Assembly (NCBI GenBank): GCA_963674865.2
Contig: CAXXYE010000006.1
Span: 192,001-256,000, forward strand
Length of the DNA: 64,000 nt
Reading direction: 5' to 3'
DNA from: Candidatus Hydrogenedentota bacterium
GTDB lineage: Bacteria; Hydrogenedentota; Hydrogenedentia; Hydrogenedentales; SLHB01
The translations under genes were made by a program, and so were the position numbers. Position 1 is the stretch's first letter. Every line of letters starts with the position of its first letter. Below the pieces are notes generated by a model, which worked only from the letters and a program-made list of their open reading frames with translations, had not been told where the DNA came from and ran no database searches. This document shows positions 51,735 through 63,000 of this stretch, piece after piece.

Positions 51735-53243
51735 GTGACGGAGAAGGTACTCACGCGGCGGAGGTTTGTGAAGACGCTCGGCGTGGCCGGGGGACTCGCC
51801 ATGACCGCGGGCACGGCGCATGCCCGCAAGCCCAGGCCCAACATCCTCTTCATTATGAGTGATGATCACAGCGCCGCGGCGCTCAGTTGCTACGGTAGCC
51901 GGATCAATACGACGCCTCACATCGATCGTTTGGCCGCCGAGGGAATGCTGTTCCGCGATTGCTTCTGCACGGATTCGATCTGCGCCCCCAGCCGCGCATC
52001 CATCTTGACGGGGAAATACAGCCACGTGAACGGTGTGGTCGACAACCGCGTGGCGTTTGATGGAACGCAGCAGACTTTTCCGAAGCTCTTGCGAGCCGCG
52101 GGCTACACGACAGCCATGGTGGGCAAATGGCACCTCAAGAGCGATCCCACGGGCTTCGACTACTGGAATGTCCTGCCGGGACAGGGTGTGTATCACGATC
52201 CCGACTTGATCGAGATGGGCGTCCGCAAGAAACACGAAGGTTATGTCACCGACATCATCACCGATATCAGCATCGATTGGCTCGAAAACCGGGACAGGGA
52301 AAAGCCCTTCTGCCTTCTCTGCCAGCACAAAGCGCCCCACAGGAATTGGCAGCCCGACGCCAAGCATGCCAACCTGTTCGACGGCATCGACATCCCGGAG
52401 CCAACCACCTTTGATGACGACTACCGTACGCGGAGCGAAGCGGCGCGGCAGCAGGAGATGTCGATCGAGCATCATCTCCGAGTCCCTGAAGATACGAAAA
52501 TCGAGCCGCCGGAGCCGCTCCAAGGAGAGGCGCTCAAGAAATGGAAGTACCAGCGCTACATCAAGGATTACCTGCGCTGCATCGCCTCCCTTGACGAAAA
52601 CGTGGGCCGGCTATTCGATTATCTCGACCAAAGCGGCCTTATGGATAACACGATCATCGTCTACACATCGGATCAAGGCTTCTATCTGGGCGAACACGGC
52701 TGGTTCGACAAGCGGTTCATGTATGAGGAATCGCTTCGCATGCCCCTGCTCATCCGCTTCCCTAACATGATCCGGCCGGGCACGACCAATGAGGACATCG
52801 TCCTCAACATCGATTTTGCCCCCACCTTCTTGGATCTCGCCGGCGTGGACGTACCGCACGAGATGCAGGGCCGCAGCTTCCGCTCCATCCTCCGAGGCAA
52901 AACGCCGTGGACGTGGCGCTCGGCCATGTACTACCACTATTACGAGTATCCGGCCGTCCACATGGTGAAGCGGCATTACGGCATTCGCACGCAGCGGTAC
53001 AAGCTCATTCATTTCTACTACGACATCGACGCCTGGGAACTCTACGACCTCCAGTCGGATCCGCACGAGTTGAACAACCTGTATGCCGATCCGGCCTATG
53101 CCGGGGTGGTGAAGAAACTCAGAGCGGAACTGAGGCGCCTGAGAAGGAAGTACGGCGACTCGGACGAGTCGGCCGCGCAATTGCTGCAGAAACACCTCGA
53201 GCACCTTGAGGAGAAGCGGCGCAGGCAGAAAGCGGGGAAGTAA
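51735..53243 (+). CDS. Tat-exported sulfatase (sugar-6-sulfatase-like)
   Basis: TRRRFVK Tat signal, ICAPSRAS, GKWH, SDQG and FDKRFMYEES. Confidence 0.92.
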   Translation: MTEKVLTRRRFVKTLGVAGGLAMTAGTAHARKPRPNILFIMSDDHSAAALSCYGSRINTTPHIDRLAAEGMLFRDCFCTDSICAPSRASILTGKYSHVNGVVDNRVAFDGTQQTFPKLLRAAGYTTAMVGKWHLKSDPTGFDYWNVLPGQGVYHDPDLIEMGVRKKHEGYVTDIITDISIDWLENRDREKPFCLLCQHKAPHRNWQPDAKHANLFDGIDIPEPTTFDDDYRTRSEAARQQEMSIEHHLRVPEDTKIEPPEPLQGEALKKWKYQRYIKDYLRCIASLDENVGRLFDYLDQSGLMDNTIIVYTSDQGFYLGEHGWFDKRFMYEESLRMPLLIRFPNMIRPGTTNEDIVLNIDFAPTFLDLAGVDVPHEMQGRSFRSILRGKTPWTWRSAMYYHYYEYPAVHMVKRHYGIRTQRYKLIHFYYDIDAWELYDLQSDPHELNNLYADPAYAGVVKKLRAELRRLRRKYGDSDESAAQLLQKHLEHLEEKRRRQKAGK

Positions 53244-53384
53244 GCGGCACGGGCGCCTGACAGGCGTCGGATACAATACCGCAGGTGGCGTGCGCTCCGA
53301 TTGCTTCAGGCGGCATAACCATCTACAATCGCGGCTCGTTGTTGGGGAATATCAATCTAAACATATAAGGGAGTTTCAAGAGTT

Positions 53385-54416
53385 ATGAGCGACGGAGGCG
53401 CGCGGCCGCAGTACAAGGCATTGATTGGTTGGGATTTCACGCCGGAGGAGGAGGCCGTCTACTACAAGGATTGGCCGGAGAACGTCGAGCGGGTGCACGT
53501 GAAGGGGCGGTCGATGGAGGAGTTGGCCCCGATCCTGCCCGAGATTGACGCCGCCATGACAATCCCGAGCCTTGAGTTTCTCCAGCAGGCAACGCGAATC
53601 AAGTTGATCATCATTCCGGGGCACGGCATCGATTTCATGAAGGATCCGGAGATGAAGCGCATCATCCGGGAGCGGAAGATCGCTGTCTGCAAGGCACAGA
53701 CAGCGAACATCCCCATCGCGGAGCACGTCATCGGCAATATGATCAATCTGAGCCGGCGGCTCTTCAAGTTCCACGAGTCGGTGGCCTATCGTGCGGATCC
53801 GTTCATGGAGCTGAAGCAGCAAGGGTGGTCGACGCCGGGCGGCGAGCTTTACCACTCGACGCTGGGCATCGTGGGATTCGGCGCCATCGGCCAGGCGGTA
53901 GCCCAACGTGCGCGCGGCTTTGAGATGACTATCGGCGCGGTGGACTTGGCGCCCGAGAATATCGACTGCGAGAAGCACGGGATTTCGTTTACAGCGACAC
54001 TGGACAAGCTCGATGAGTTTCTCCCGCGCTGCAACTACGTGGTGCTTACGCTGCCGCTGACGCCGTCGACGGAAAACTGCATGAACCAGGCCCGGTTCGA
54101 TGCGATGAAGGACGCCTCGTATCTCATCAACGTCTCACGCGGACAGTTGATCGACGATGAAGCGCTTTACCGGGCGCTCGTGTCGGGCAAGTTGGCGGGG
54201 GCCGCCATTGATGTATGGCGCGCCAACGTTCGTCAGAAGGGCACTTACCCGTTCCCCTATCCGATTCACCACTTCAATGTGATCATGACGCCGCATCATT
54301 CGGGAGGAACCTACGAGGCGGAACGCCGGTGGGCGCCGTTCGCCGTCGAGAACATGGCCCGATTGGGCCGTGGCGAACCTCTCCTGCACGTGGCGAATGT
54401 GGATGCGGGATTCTGA
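53385..54416 (+). CDS. D-isomer-specific 2-hydroxyacid dehydrogenase family
   Basis: GIVGFGAIG, LPLT, INVSRG, AAIDVW and TPH. Confidence 0.88.
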   Translation: MSDGGARPQYKALIGWDFTPEEEAVYYKDWPENVERVHVKGRSMEELAPILPEIDAAMTIPSLEFLQQATRIKLIIIPGHGIDFMKDPEMKRIIRERKIAVCKAQTANIPIAEHVIGNMINLSRRLFKFHESVAYRADPFMELKQQGWSTPGGELYHSTLGIVGFGAIGQAVAQRARGFEMTIGAVDLAPENIDCEKHGISFTATLDKLDEFLPRCNYVVLTLPLTPSTENCMNQARFDAMKDASYLINVSRGQLIDDEALYRALVSGKLAGAAIDVWRANVRQKGTYPFPYPIHHFNVIMTPHHSGGTYEAERRWAPFAVENMARLGRGEPLLHVANVDAGF

Positions 54417-54515
54417 GCGAGAAGCACCTTTCACCACATAGCGGGCGGCCAACGCCGGTGGGCGCGGGAGTTTCTATCGCGTTGAGCGTAGGTGACGGCG
54501 CGTGAGATACTCGGC

Positions 54516-55769
54516 CTAGTCGCGCTTCTGGGCGCGCCGTTCGAGAAGCCGTTCGAACTGGCGGATACGTGTGTTGAAGAAGCTCATCAGCTTGGCATGG
54601 AGTTCGCGGCTGGCCGCGGCCACCATCGAGCGCTGATTGCCCACGGAGCTGTCCAATAGAAGCACATCGTCGAAGGACTTGCCGTAAGCATCGGTGACGG
54701 TGCAGCCGGCCTCCTGGGCGATGAGCAGGGATGCAACGAGATCGTAAGGCGCGATCCCCAGAATGATCCCCCGGCCCGCGTTGATGAACTGATCCTCGAC
54801 CACGTCGGGGATATCGCGGAAGAACCGGTTGGCGAAGTCGACGCACGCATCCAACTGGTTGGTCAACAGGCGCGTGAGGCTGTATGAAGTGCTATTGCAG
54901 GCGAAGAATCCGCCTTTGAGGCTTGTCAAGTCGATAAGTCGCGCCGCCGTCGGAAAGATAAGCTCGGCGGGACGCGCCGGCACCGTCATCGACCACGCAA
55001 CGGTTTCGAGGTCCGTGTTCTTAGACAGTTTCGGACGTTTATACTGGCCGTCCACGTAGATCCGCGCACCCTTCCCGCGTTCGGCATAGAAGGTACGATC
55101 TCCGAGAATCTCCATCACACAGGCGTTATCCACGTCGGCCATGCGGGGACGCTCGATGACTCGCGTCGAAGCAACGCAGATCACACAGCTCTCGAAACCG
55201 CTCTTGGCGGCCCGGGTGCCGTCGATGGGATCGATAACGAGAAGATTCTCCGGCTGGGCGCTTGTGAACGTCGTATAGCCCGCATCCTCCGAATAGTAGG
55301 CGACGGGCATCTTGGAACTCTTCAGGAAGCGAAGCAGGGCCTTTTCGGCCACCTCATCCAACTGGAAAGTGGCATCTCCACTGGCGGCGGCGCCTACGAT
55401 TTCTCTTCCCTTCGCGGCTCCTACGACGGGAAGCACTTGTTCGCGAACGGCTGCGGCGAGATCGATCAAAAACTGCCGGGATAGCGCCTTGGGCTTCTTG
55501 CCGGGAACGATCTCGGGAGAAGCCGCTTTCTTGTGGGCCTTCTTGGGGGCGGCTTTCTTTTCGGTGGCGGCTGCTTTCTTGGCGGCCGGGGGGCTTTTCT
55601 TCACGTCGTGGGCCTTCTTTCTTGCCGCCGTCGATTTCTTCTTCACCGGAGCGGCCTTCTTCTTCGACGCCTTGGCCTTGGCGCTTGGGGCCTGTTTTTT
55701 TGCTGTTTTCGCCGCTTTTGCGCGACTCTTGACGGCTTTCTTGGTTGTGGTACGCTTTCTTGCAGTCAC
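54516..55769 (-). CDS. Inositol monophosphatase/FBPase family protein with a Lys/Ala-rich histone-like N-terminus
   Basis: SED, IDPIDGT and YDLVAS motifs. About 90 aa K/A/P-rich N-terminus. The GTG start at 55769 is inferred. Confidence 0.85.
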   Translation of the reverse strand: MTARKRTTTKKAVKSRAKAAKTAKKQAPSAKAKASKKKAAPVKKKSTAARKKAHDVKKSPPAAKKAAATEKKAAPKKAHKKAASPEIVPGKKPKALSRQFLIDLAAAVREQVLPVVGAAKGREIVGAAASGDATFQLDEVAEKALLRFLKSSKMPVAYYSEDAGYTTFTSAQPENLLVIDPIDGTRAAKSGFESCVICVASTRVIERPRMADVDNACVMEILGDRTFYAERGKGARIYVDGQYKRPKLSKNTDLETVAWSMTVPARPAELIFPTAARLIDLTSLKGGFFACNSTSYSLTRLLTNQLDACVDFANRFFRDIPDVVEDQFINAGRGIILGIAPYDLVASLLIAQEAGCTVTDAYGKSFDDVLLLDSSVGNQRSMVAAASRELHAKLMSFFNTRIRQFERLLERRAQKRD

Positions 55770-55899
55770 TGTTCCGTCTTGACGTGGCCTCGTGGAGGCC
55801 GCCCTCCCTTGCTCTGCGCCGCCCGGCGCCGTTTGGCGCACGGTTCTTGCCGAGGACTGCCGCCCGGAAGGGCTCCGGGCTCTCTCGAGAGCCGGCGTC

Positions 55900-57060
55900 T
55901 TATTCGACGCTGACCGCCGGCGGGGCAACGTAATCGAGAAACCGGTTCTTTACCTTACTCTTGGCGGCATCGCCCTTGTGGATATACAACCGGTACCGCC
56001 ATGTGGTCTTACTTCCCTTCTTAAACGTCATATCGCCCTTGACCTTGGCCTCCGGGCGATAGTACTTCCAGGCAAAACAATTCGCCGTCATGAGTCCGTA
56101 ATTGCGCACGTGCCAACCGGTCGGATAGCGGGGATTGGTTTCATGATCCAGTATGGCGATTCCAACCTGCTTCCCGTCGACAAGTCCGCTATAATCGCAC
56201 CAGGGAGCGTTCTTGCCCCAGGTCTCGGCTTCGTTGACGCCGCCGTAGCCGTTCTCGATAGTGCCCGTCTCGCGAACGTCCATGGAACTGGCGACGCGTA
56301 CCGAGACAAGTCCACCCTCTTTGGTGTCGGTGAACACGACGTTGCTCTCCGTCATCCGGAAAGTCACATTGACGTCAAAAAGGCGCGTACCGCCCGGAAG
56401 GGCGTAGAAGCGCATATCGCGTGTTTCTTCGAACTGCTTGCGCTCTTTGCTCGTGCACCAGTTGTTCTTCGCAACAATCTGCGCGTACACGGGGCCCGAA
56501 ACCTTCTTCGAAAAGCTCACGTGGCGCTGCCAACCATGTCCCTCACCCTCGCTCCAGTTGTCTGTCCCGTTGCATTCGCCATAGGCGACCCAAATGGACT
56601 TGTGGTGGTGGTGGTCCTTGTATTCGCCAGGGACATCATCGCGCATCGGATAGTTTCGGGTTACCTGAAGGCCGTAGGGCCCGATCACCGGGTACAGGAA
56701 CGGCCTAACCCATTGATGCCCATAGTTATAGGAGGTGAACAGCTTGCCGCCAATCTGCACATCGATCTTCTGCTGGGCGCGGTCCTCAACCAACAGGCAC
56801 TTGGACTCGGCCTCGGGCTTGGCAACAGCTTTGGCGACAAGGCTCTGCTCTGTGCCGGCCTTCAAGCCGTCGGCCAGCCAAGTAAGGGTCACCCCCGCGC
56901 GCGACTTGGCTACTTGGCACGGTATACTTTTCTTGCTTTTCGCATCACGCAACTCGACAGCGGGAGTATCGCTATAAACCCAAGGCAAATCGACACTTAC
57001 AGGGCACGTAGAGCGGTCGTGCGGCCCCGCCTGAACCGTTAGTTTACACTTAGTAGCCAA
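55900..57060 (-). CDS. PmoA-family (DUF6807-like) protein, not methane monooxygenase
   Basis: RPFLYPV, DHHHHKSIW, WGKNAPWCDYSG and WHVRNYGLM. TTG start after GGAGGAG. Confidence 0.8.
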   Translation of the reverse strand: MATKCKLTVQAGPHDRSTCPVSVDLPWVYSDTPAVELRDAKSKKSIPCQVAKSRAGVTLTWLADGLKAGTEQSLVAKAVAKPEAESKCLLVEDRAQQKIDVQIGGKLFTSYNYGHQWVRPFLYPVIGPYGLQVTRNYPMRDDVPGEYKDHHHHKSIWVAYGECNGTDNWSEGEGHGWQRHVSFSKKVSGPVYAQIVAKNNWCTSKERKQFEETRDMRFYALPGGTRLFDVNVTFRMTESNVVFTDTKEGGLVSVRVASSMDVRETGTIENGYGGVNEAETWGKNAPWCDYSGLVDGKQVGIAILDHETNPRYPTGWHVRNYGLMTANCFAWKYYRPEAKVKGDMTFKKGSKTTWRYRLYIHKGDAAKSKVKNRFLDYVAPPAVSVE

Positions 57061-57497
57061 CGTTACACTCCTCCCAAGGTACTGCCGTCAGGGGATTAAG
57101 AACCACCCGGCTAATTTTAGCAGTTAGCGACGGCAATGTCCAGTGCGCGATTTGGGTGAAATGCCACACTTCGGGCGGCGAGTTTTCTCGCCACCCACAT
57201 CGAGGCCCCGATTTTGCGTCAAACATGCAGGTCCGTTCCCGCTGCAAGGCCCCCGGCAGGCCACTTCTCGAGGTCCAGCGCCCTACGCATTGCCGGATGC
57301 GCCATCGGCGGAACGCCAGTTGACTTCGCTGGTTAAATGCTCGATTATGGTTGACAGGTTCTACGCCCGGGCTGGCTCTCTGCGACATCACCGCTACAGG
57401 GGATTCTTGTCGATGGCCGCGTTGACGTTCGCCGAGGCGGCTCATGGCGAGGGCCAAGAGGCGGCGGAGAACACCTGTGTAACCAGGCGATAGACTG

Positions 57498-58424
57498 ATG
57501 GCAGAGCGCCAGATAGCAAGAAGGCCTCAAACGAGCGTTCGGGTGGGGCCGGCGGGATGGTCGTACGACGATTGGAAGGGTATTGTGTATCCGCCGAACA
57601 TGCCCGCGAAGCAGCATCCGCTCGAGTACTTGAGCCGCTACTTCGACACGGTGGAGATCAACACAACCTTTTACCGTCCATGCCAGCCAAAGCACACGGC
57701 GTCCTGGCTCGCGAAAGTCGAGGGTTGCGCGGATTTCAGGTTCACCGCTAAGCTCTGGCGGCGGTTCACCCATGAGCGGGAGAGTTGGCCCAATCCAGAA
57801 GAAATCGCCGCCTATGAACGCGGCATCGAGCCCCTGGCGCGGGAGAATAAGCTCGGGGCGCTTCTGGTTCAGTTTCCATGGAGCTTCAAGAGGACGCCGG
57901 AGAATCGAAAATGGCTGGCGCGGGTGCTCGATACGTTCGCGGCGTATCCATTGGCGCTCGAGATCCGACACGAATCCTGGAATCGGCCCGAGGTATTCGC
58001 AGGACTTGCGGAACGGCACGTGGCATTCTGCAACATCGACCAGCCGCAGTTCGCACGCTCTCTGGGCGCTACGGCGGAGGTCACGGCGCGTGTCGGCTAC
58101 GTCCGATTGCATGGCCAAAATGCCAAGGATTGGTTTCGCGAAGACGCGGGACGGGATGAGCGTTACGATTATCTGTATGGGGACGAGGAGCTGGAGCCGT
58201 GGCTTGCGAGAATCGAGCAGATACGGCTCAAAGCGGACGAGGTCTACGTCATTACAAACAATCATTACCGTGGGCAGGCTGTCGTGAACGCCTTTGAACT
58301 CCAGCGTGGCCTCGGAAAGACGGACTTCGTCCTGCCGCGGCACCTCGTGGAGGAGTATCCCCGATTGAGCCGGCTATTGAGGGAGCCGAAGGAGTCGCGA
58401 GGGTCGACGTCCGGCCCTGCCTAA
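57498..58424 (+). CDS. DUF72 family protein
   Basis: GWSYDDW, VEINTTFY, LVQFP, EIRHESW, YVRLHG and NNH. Confidence 0.92.
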   Translation: MAERQIARRPQTSVRVGPAGWSYDDWKGIVYPPNMPAKQHPLEYLSRYFDTVEINTTFYRPCQPKHTASWLAKVEGCADFRFTAKLWRRFTHERESWPNPEEIAAYERGIEPLARENKLGALLVQFPWSFKRTPENRKWLARVLDTFAAYPLALEIRHESWNRPEVFAGLAERHVAFCNIDQPQFARSLGATAEVTARVGYVRLHGQNAKDWFREDAGRDERYDYLYGDEELEPWLARIEQIRLKADEVYVITNNHYRGQAVVNAFELQRGLGKTDFVLPRHLVEEYPRLSRLLREPKESRGSTSGPA

Positions 58425-58440
58425 GTATTGTCTGGAGTGG

Positions 58441-59313
58441 ATGAAGGTACATCGCACGATATGGATTGCTACCGCCTGCGCGGTGCTTGTGGCCGTGTCG
58501 GTCGTTGTGGTGCGGAATCTGAGCATGAGGCCGCCGACGGTTTCGCCTCCGGCAGGCGGCCCCGTGGGCGTCATCCCCGCAGGCAGCACCGTCCCACTCG
58601 TCAAGGCCATGTTCGCGCGCCTTGCACGCGATCCCGAGGTACGCCGACAGGAAACGCGGAAGGCCATCGAGGCCGCTGCGGCTTTGACGGCGGACGGCTC
58701 CCAGCCAAGTGCGGAGGCGTACTACGCACTTGGCCTTCGGCTTCATCGAGGTCAGGGCGCCCCCGAGAAGGCTGAGGCCGCGTATCGCAAAGCCATTGCG
58801 CTACGGCCGGATTGGGCGCCCCCTCACGATGGGCTGGGCTATCTGCTTCACACCCAGGAGCGCAAAGATGAAGCCGAGAAGGCATTCCTCCGTGCCACGG
58901 AACTGGATCCCGCCTGGAGCAAACCGCATAACGACCTGGCCGTCTTGTACCGCTTGACGGGGCGCTGGGAAAAGGCGGAAGCGGAGGCTCAACGCGCCCT
59001 AGAACTTGCCCCCGAGAGCCTTGCCGCCAACAATAACTTCGGGAACCTTCTCGTAGTCCGCGGGCATCCGGAACAGGCCGAAGAGCGCTACCGAAAAGCC
59101 ATCGAACTCGCCCCGGATTATCCCAAGCCCTATTACAACTTGGCGTGCGTGTACGCCCTGCTCGGACGGAAGGACGAGGCACTGGGGATGCTGGAGAAAG
59201 CCGTCGCGCTGGACGAAGTGTTCCGCCGGGAAGCACGCGACGACACCGATCTGGGAACGCTCCACGGCGATCCGCGCTTCGAGGCTCTTGTCGAGCGCGT
59301 CCCGGCCGAATGA
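58441..59313 (+). CDS. Membrane-anchored TPR protein
   Basis: N-terminal TM, about five TPR repeats and a terminal YNLAC...DxDL...DPRF motif. Confidence 0.88.
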   Translation: MKVHRTIWIATACAVLVAVSVVVVRNLSMRPPTVSPPAGGPVGVIPAGSTVPLVKAMFARLARDPEVRRQETRKAIEAAAALTADGSQPSAEAYYALGLRLHRGQGAPEKAEAAYRKAIALRPDWAPPHDGLGYLLHTQERKDEAEKAFLRATELDPAWSKPHNDLAVLYRLTGRWEKAEAEAQRALELAPESLAANNNFGNLLVVRGHPEQAEERYRKAIELAPDYPKPYYNLACVYALLGRKDEALGMLEKAVALDEVFRREARDDTDLGTLHGDPRFEALVERVPAE

Positions 59314-59338
59314 AAACGCCCGGCGCGGGGCCGGGCGT
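59313..59338 (-). terminator. Intrinsic terminator hairpin
   Basis: ACGCCCGGC-N5-GCCGGGCGT followed by TTT on the minus strand, between convergent genes. Confidence 0.6.
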
Positions 59339-59360
59339 GAGAAAACGATGATGCAGCCTG

Positions 59361-59999
59361 CTACCGGAGAGTGACTTTCGCGTCGGTGAGCAGGGCCATC
59401 GGGGCACCTGTCGCGTCAGGCTTTGTCACGGGGTCGCCATTCTTGTCGTACGCCAGAATCTCAATGGCGTATTCCCCGGGAGGCAATGCGTGCTGGCTCA
59501 CCGCGAGCGAGCCCGACCAGATGCCGTCGCCCGCCTTAACGTCGCCGTGCGTCTTATTGTCGAACAAATCGAAGGTGTGCCCCTGAATCGTTCCCGCCAC
59601 GGTGTCCACGACCTTGTCGGGATCGCCGACTCTCACCGTAACCAGGAACATCTCCCCACGCCTGACGACTGCGGGCTCGATGGAAACGGCTGAGAAGCCA
59701 AGCTCCGGTTCCGGCTCCGGCGGAGGGGGCGTTGCGGGAGCGGCAGTCTGCTCGCCCCCCTGCCCGAGGGTGGACGCTTCGGGAGCCATCACACTGTGCA
59801 TTTCAAGCCGGACGCCCTCCTCTTCGTCCTGTTCGGCGGGGGCCGTGCCGATGCCGAGGTCGCTGAGGTATTGCAGGACGGGCAGTACCTCGTCAATACC
59901 TCCCGTTATGGTGATGGTAACGGTAAGTTCCGCCTGGGCGCTACCAGCGCCCAGCGCCACGATGACTGCGAACGCGAGTACAACTGTTCTGATTCCCAT
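59361..59999 (-). CDS. Secreted hypothetical protein with a choice-of-anchor X-like domain
   Basis: Signal peptide, Pro/Glu linker and LFDNKTHGDVKAGDGIWSG motif. AAGGAG RBS. Confidence 0.7.
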   Translation of the reverse strand: MGIRTVVLAFAVIVALGAGSAQAELTVTITITGGIDEVLPVLQYLSDLGIGTAPAEQDEEEGVRLEMHSVMAPEASTLGQGGEQTAAPATPPPPEPEPELGFSAVSIEPAVVRRGEMFLVTVRVGDPDKVVDTVAGTIQGHTFDLFDNKTHGDVKAGDGIWSGSLAVSQHALPPGEYAIEILAYDKNGDPVTKPDATGAPMALLTDAKVTLR

Positions 60000-60045
60000 A
60001 GCGACTCCTTTCGGTCATCTTGGGCCCCGCCCTACGCGCCTCGCA

Positions 60046-63000
60046 TCAGGCCTTCTTGTCGCCGGAGCGCCGGGCAAGTTCTCGTTCCCGAAGCGCATCG
60101 AGCCACGTGCCGTCGGACTGCAGGCGCCGCCCAGGGCGCTCATCACATCGCTTGAGCACGATACGGCCGTTGCTCATGAGTTTTGCTACAGCCCAATACG
60201 ACCTGCTACCGAGGGCCTCATGGTCGACGGTCGAGGTCACCGTGTATTTTAGCGTGACACTCGCGCCGGCGTCCAGGCTGATGGGCTGCGTGCGCGGCGA
60301 GATATCAAGCAGCGAGTAGGGGCCGGCCACATCCCGAGGCCACGTCTCGATGGGCGTCACAAGCGCCACTTCGCCATCGACGGCGCCCGTCGTGGGATTC
60401 GTGACAGTGACTTCAATCACGTCGCCCGCGTTCTTGACCTCCATATCGAGTTCGAAGCTCTCCCCGATCTCAAGAACATCCTGGAACACCTGGCCGTCAT
60501 ACGTGTGCCGCAGTTTCACCTGCCCCGAGGCGTCGGCCTCAGGCCGCGTCACAAGAACATCGGTGCTCTGATAGGCCAGCGGCCCAAGCTGGTACGAAAC
60601 CACGTTGGGCTCTGCGGCCCAGCCATCGGGGACAAGGATCTCGGCTTTCCCGGCCACATCCGCGTCCGTGAAGTCGTTGATGCAGTTCACCCGGAGCTTC
60701 AGGCGCTTTCCGCCGTCTTCCTCGTGGACCTCACGGCTGATCGAGCAGACAACAGGTTCGTATCCCAGCGGCATGGACTCGGCGTCGTGTTCCCAGGAGC
60801 GCACCCACACCGGCTGCACCTGTTCGGCCTCGGCCCCCAGGCTCTTCTTGCCCATCTTGCGGCCGAGTTTCTCCGGCACAAAGCCCACCGTCTCGATGGA
60901 GAAGGCCGGCACATCCAGCGCGATGCCTTTGCCGCTTGCGGAGAGATCCGCCTGCCGCTCTTCCAGCAGATCCGCGGTCCATGCCTGCTTCACGCCGGCG
61001 CCGAACGCCACATCCGCTCGCGTGTCGACGCCTTCCGTATCGTACAAACGGAGGGCAATGCCCTGCGCGGCGTCGGAGACGGCATTCTTCTCGAAGCTGG
61101 CGATAGGATTGCCATAGGGCTTCATGGCCGCGAGAATCACGTTCTTCGGCTTCACGCTGAGCAGCGCCTGCTCCGGAGGCAAGCATGGCTTGGCCGCAGG
61201 CTTCGTCTCCCGCGCCACCAGGGGATGGTTGAAATCGTGTCCCGCCCGCTGCGTGTCGGCCTTACGCCAATCGCCCTGGTGCGGATAGAGGGCGTAGCGG
61301 AACACATGGTTCTTCTGCTCCGGTACGAGGTAGCCCTCGGGGAAGTTGTTCGTCCCACCGTACCACTGGCAGGTGTGGGCGAGCATCATGCAGATCACGC
61401 CGTCCTTCTCCACGCTGTTGGCGTAAGTGCCTTCGTTAATCACGGCGACGCCGTAATCGTCCACCGTATGCCGCTCCCCGGTGGCATCGATTTCCGCCGG
61501 CAGCTTGATGGCGGCCGTCTTGGGGAACTCGGCGAGCAGCCCGCCGCAGGCCTCGGCTAGGGCATTCTGGTTGGCCGCCTCGATGATCAGCACGGGGACG
61601 GCGGGCCAGGACTTGTCGAGCAGGTCGCCATCCTTAACAAAAAGGAAGGCGTGGCCGTTCTTCTTCAGACGCGCATCGAATGCCTTTCGCACTTTGGCCG
61701 GCTGGGCCTTGAGCAGCTTCCGGGTGTAGGCGTTCTTGCCGCGCGCACCGATGGAGATACGGAACCGCGTGTACAAGAGATCCTCATCCATATGGTAGAC
61801 ATATGAGCCCCAGTGCGGGCCGTCCTTATCGAACCAGGGCGTGCACGTGACGCCTTTCTTGATCATAGTGCGCTGCATTTCCTCAGCGATGCGGACGTCC
61901 GCCTCATTCTCCGGAGTGATGAGGCCCACCATGCTGAGGGCGTATGCGTTGCGCCCCATGCGAAGCTCGGCCGTCGAGCCAAGTTCCATCCATTTGTTGG
62001 CCGCGTAGACGGCGCAATCGCTGAACATGCATTGCCGGTGCGTCCGGAAATCCAGGTAGCCTTTGCTTTCGTTGCGGGCAACCACGCCGAAGCGTTCATC
62101 GAATACCGGTACGGCCCCTTTGAGATTGGTGGGGAAGGTTACGCAGAACAGGTAATCCTCCGGCTGCCAATCCAGCAGAATAGTGCGGAACTCGACCCGC
62201 TTCACGCCCTTGAACAGCGTGATCTCCTGGATGGCCCCCGCCACCTCGTCCAGAGCGTACTTCACGCGAATCGTGGCACTGACAGCGCCCTTCTCGACGG
62301 TTACTTCGGCCGCATACTCCGAGGAGAACATCTTGAGCCCGGTGGTGTAGAACTCGTGCTGCGTCTCCAGCCGATCGGGGACTTCCTGCAATACGGCCAC
62401 CTCGTTCCCCACGTGTATTGAGTCCTGATCGAGCACTTCGCGGCCGGCCTTCTTGTCGTAGAGGCTGGAAATGCCGCCCCCCCGATTCGGGTCGACTTCG
62501 ATGCGGTAGAACTCGTTCTCGATGACGGCGCCGGTTCGCGGCGTGACCTCGGGGAGGGATTTTGAGCTTGTTACGAGCTTGTATGCCCGGTATCCGAGCG
62601 AGGGAAGCTTTCGGGCAACAAACACGATGTTCGCCGAGTCGATGCCGCCCTTGCGATTTCGCCGGATATTCGCGACCTCGAACGGCACGTTCTTCCCGGT
62701 GTGATCCTGGAGCGCGAAGGATTTCATGCCTTGCGGATTCACCGTCATCCGGACTACATCCGTGCGCTCCCAGGCCATCGAGTTGAAAACGACGAGCGGC
62801 CGCTCGGCCTTGCCCGGATCAATGGCCTTGCCCAGGTAGTCGAGCGAGCGGCAGAGGACATCCGAGCCGAGTTCCAGCGTCTCCCGGTAGGAATTCATTA
62901 GATCCACATACGAGATCTCGTTGTGGGTGCCGGTGATCGAGTCGTGATGCTGGCCGCAGAGGATCTGGCGCCAGGCCTTGTCGAGGGCCTTCTCCGGATA

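Noticed and set aside
55900..57060. Methane monooxygenase reading of the PmoA label
   Set aside because: This is a soluble beta-rich protein with no pmoC or pmoB nearby. The family name is misleading.
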